Assembly: GCA_023231475.1 (NCBI GenBank)
Contig: JALJEE010000230.1
Location: 1-36,796 of the forward strand
DNA from: Seison nebaliae
Lineage: Eukaryota
Direction: 5' to 3'
Length of the DNA: 36,796 nucleotides
The position numbers and the translations under genes are program-made. The stretch's first letter is position 1. The number at the start of each line of letters is the position of its first letter. Below the pieces are notes generated by a model that saw only the letters and a list, made by a program, of their open reading frames with translations, had not been told where the DNA came from and searched no databases. This document shows, piece after piece, positions 34,051 to 36,796 of the stretch.

Positions 34051-35135
34051 ATGTTTCTACACAAAAATGACCACGTTACGTTAGCAGTTTTGATTATAAT
34101 TTGATGTTGATATATCGACACAGATTTTTGGACAGGAAGAAAAAGCCGCAGGCAGCTGGAATGATTAAAATAGTGGTTTTCATTATATTTATTGTAACAA
34201 GCATTATTGGTGGTGGAATTGGAGGAATCGGTTACTATTAGTTAAGATTTTGTGAAGATTATTATTTGAAACAGGTGGTGGAGGTTCAAATTCGAGCAAT
34301 AATAATAATAATGTTGATATTACTCTCAATGTTTAGTTTTTCTTGTCGTTTAAATTTAGTTTAATCTTTCGCTACAATAAAGCCTAATAATGATGTACCT
34401 ACTATAGCCACACCTTATAACATAATAACTGATGATCCGTGGTGGGAAACTACTAGAGCATGGTGGGAAACTACCGAAGGATCATGGTGGAGAGATACTA
34501 CTGAAGGATCATGGTGGGGAGATACTACTAGATCATGGTGGGAAACTTCCACAGAACCATCATGGGAAACTACGAAAAGATCATGGTGGGAAACTTCCAC
34601 AGGACCATCAAGGGAAACTACGGAAGAATCATGGTGGAAAATTACCACTCTTCCATGGGGGGAAACTTCCACAGAACCATCATGGAAAACTACTGAAGGA
34701 TCATGGTGGGAAACTACTAGAGCATGGTGGGGAACTACTGAAGGATCATGGTGGGGAGATACTACAAAGTCATGGTGGGAAACTACTGAAGGATCATGGT
34801 GGAGAGATACTACTGAAGGATCATGGTGGAGAGATACTACTAGATCATGGTGGGAAACTACTACGGGATCCTGGTGGGGACATACTACAAAGTCACAGTG
34901 GGAAACTACTACAACATCATGGTGGAGAGATATTACTAGATCATGGTGGGAAACTACAACAGAATCACCATCCGAAACTTCCTCAGATTCAAGGAGAAGC
35001 AAAGCCCCAAAATCATCTTGGGAACCTACTACTGAACAACGATCGGACTCTACTATTCACCAATCCTGGGAATCTAGCACAGATGACGAATTTGAGACTA
35101 CAATGATGACAATGATGAGAACGGGTGACAAGTAG
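34051..35135 (+). CDS. Trp-Trp/Thr/Ser repeat (mucin-like) protein with N-terminal signal anchor, 4 exons, ~314 aa (292 aa if started at 34161)
   Basis: Exons 34051-34079, 34124-34230, 34275-34330, 34383-35135; introns 44, 44, 52 nt with GTT donors. Protein MFLHKNDHVTFLDRKKKPQAAG-MIKIVVFIIFIVTSIIGGGIGGIG-GGGSNSSNNNNN...DDPWWETTRAWWETTEGSWWRDTTEGSWW...RTGDK*. Exon 4 is stop-free for 250 codons and repeat variation includes synonymous Thr codons (ACT/ACC/ACA/ACG) in this frame. Confidence 0.8.
34437..34965 (+). repeat. Coding minisatellite, ~22 units of 21-27 bp (core CATGGTGGGAAACTACT)
   Basis: Repeated gatcatggtggga(a/g)a(c/t)actact variants; all unit lengths are multiples of 3. Confidence 0.9.
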
Positions 35136-35758
35136 TATTTTAGTTATATATCAATATAAGGGAAACACATAGTTTTGAAAATAGCCATTCTTAACGGAAA
35201 TTATTAATTGGCAATAAATTTATTTAAGAAACTATTCCCATTTTAACATTCATATAGAAATAACATCTTGCAAATAAATATCATGTTTAATATATATATA
35301 ACTAGTACTACAATGTACTATTTTTTTGTTCTAATTGTTCGATTAGACTTCGTATTTCCGTCGGTGAAACTGTTAAATTTACAAATTGAGATTATAATAC
35401 AAATTAAATCCACGTTTGAAGGGCATTTATTGCCGATAACCGGTACCCTGAATTGCCTTCTGTTCTTTTTTAAGTTGCCCCAGGAGATTTATTTTTATTT
35501 CTACTAAATGGAATCTTCTTCGATACTTGATATCTAATTAAACCATCTCACGTTAACGACTTTAGCTTAAAAGTACACAGTTTTAGAAACTTCAGGAAAA
35601 TATTTTTTAATTCTTGAAAGAAATGTTGAAATTTCAATATTTCTTCATATTATCTTCTCTTAACTTATTTCATTTCGTCCGTCTCTACTCGTCATGTTAT
35701 TCCTTCGTTTTATTTTAAGTGTATTTAACTTAAATGTGTATTTAATTTCACCGTCATG

Positions 35759-35782
35759 AATCGTGACTCATGATTCACGATT
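35759..35782. repeat. 24-bp imperfect palindrome at the left edge of the MULE relic
   Basis: AATCGTGACTCATGATTCACGATT is self-complementary apart from one mismatched pair. Confidence 0.6.
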
Positions 35783-35790
35783 ATTAAATA

Positions 35791-36505
35791 CAACTCGTCC
35801 AACGAAACAATCGACTCATCACACCTTTCTACGCTTTGATGAAGGATAGATGTAAATTTATCTACATTGAGCTCTTCGCGAAAATTAAAGAGGAATTTTG
35901 GATTAATCCTCTTGATCCATAACGTCCGATTTCGAACAAGGTTCTATTTTAGCAGCGGAAGCTGTCTTCCCCGCTGCCACCCGCCATGGGTGTTTAATTC
36001 ATTTGTCGCAATCAATCTTCAGACACATCGTGCAACTTACATTAGTTTAAAGGAGATGTACTATACGAGCAAAGATTTTGACATCGATGTAAAGAAATTG
36101 GCCTATCTTTAATTCATTCCGACATCGATGGTAAAGGAAATATTTTCCATAATGAAGTTGACCACAACGCAGCAATTAAAGCCATTATACAAATATTTTG
36201 AAGATATATATATCGACGATGATCGTGCAAAATTCAAAATTAAATTTTGGAACAATTACGAAACAGTTCGAAGTTCCCTTCCCAGGACTTAAACATCTCA
36301 TCAACATCATCACGTTGAATATTTTGAAAATTCTTTAATTAAATGTTTCTCAATGGAAGAGTTGAATTATGCAATATTTAAGAAAGGAGAAAAGAAAAGA
36401 CGTGCGAAAAAAGAAATAGAAAAAGTAATTTAATGATAGTTTGTGGACGACGTTTTCAATGGACATAAATAAATTTTTAAAAGTTGTCAATCCGATTTTG
36501 AACAT
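35791..36505 (+). mobile_element. Mutator-like (MULE) DDE transposase relic with frameshifts and stops
   Basis: Stitched frames give TPFYALMKDRCKFIYIELFAKIKEEF / ITSDFEQGSILAAEAVFPAATRHGCLIHLSQSIFRHI / VKKLAYL*FIP...LKPLYKYFEDIYI...FKIKFWNNYETVRSSLPRT*. These are the MULE motifs DFE (second catalytic D), FP, CxxH, WN and PRT(NN..E); the third catalytic residue is lost. Confidence 0.85.
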
Positions 36506-36796
36506 GTCATCAATCGTGAATAAATGCCATGTGAAGTAAAGACGGATAATTGAATATAATATAAATATTATTGAGTGGCATATAATGAATTGAGTAAATT
36601 AACTTTCTATAAGTTTATGGGAATCGATAATTGTAATTGATGTGATTGATTAAAGAGAAGACTTGTTCGTCGTCTGAATAATGGTGAGGATGAAGGTTTA
36701 TTGCTCCACATATCAATTTACTTCGGTACTGAAATGTTGGTGTTCCATTTCCAATGTCATATTAACAAGTCTTCCGATCGATTTTGAGTGTTTCAT

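Noticed and set aside
34437..34965. CRISPR-like array
   Set aside because: No unique spacers, unit lengths are multiples of 3, eukaryotic context, no cas genes.
34432..35106. 224-aa His/Gly-rich HGGKLL ORF (and antisense 34415-35002 ORF) as the real product
   Set aside because: Upstream exons with a membrane anchor splice into the WW/Thr frame, and repeat variation is more often synonymous in that frame.

Overview
AT-rich (~70% AT, estimated by eye) animal genomic DNA with tiny introns, not a prokaryotic window. The first 13 kb is gene-dense. It holds a LINE fragment, a 4-exon HOP2, a head-to-head pair of intronless proline-core paralogs with low-complexity tails, a multi-exon LRRC49 with an upstream RFX X-box, and a single-exon SUEL-lectin/CUB/C-type-lectin-like type I receptor. 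An ~19 kb gene-free tract follows. The last 5 kb holds a decaying, partly duplicated multi-exon orphan locus, a spliced gene missed by the ORF track that encodes a membrane-anchored Trp-Trp/Thr repeat protein, and a Mutator-like transposase relic. Three observations stand out: every reconstructed intron starts GTT rather than GTRAG, the divergent proline-core pair looks like a co-regulated structural system, and the WW-repeat protein is highly unusual. The proline-core family recalls uncharacterised rotifer (Syndermata) proteins; that link is from memory and unverified. All gene models were reconstructed by hand.
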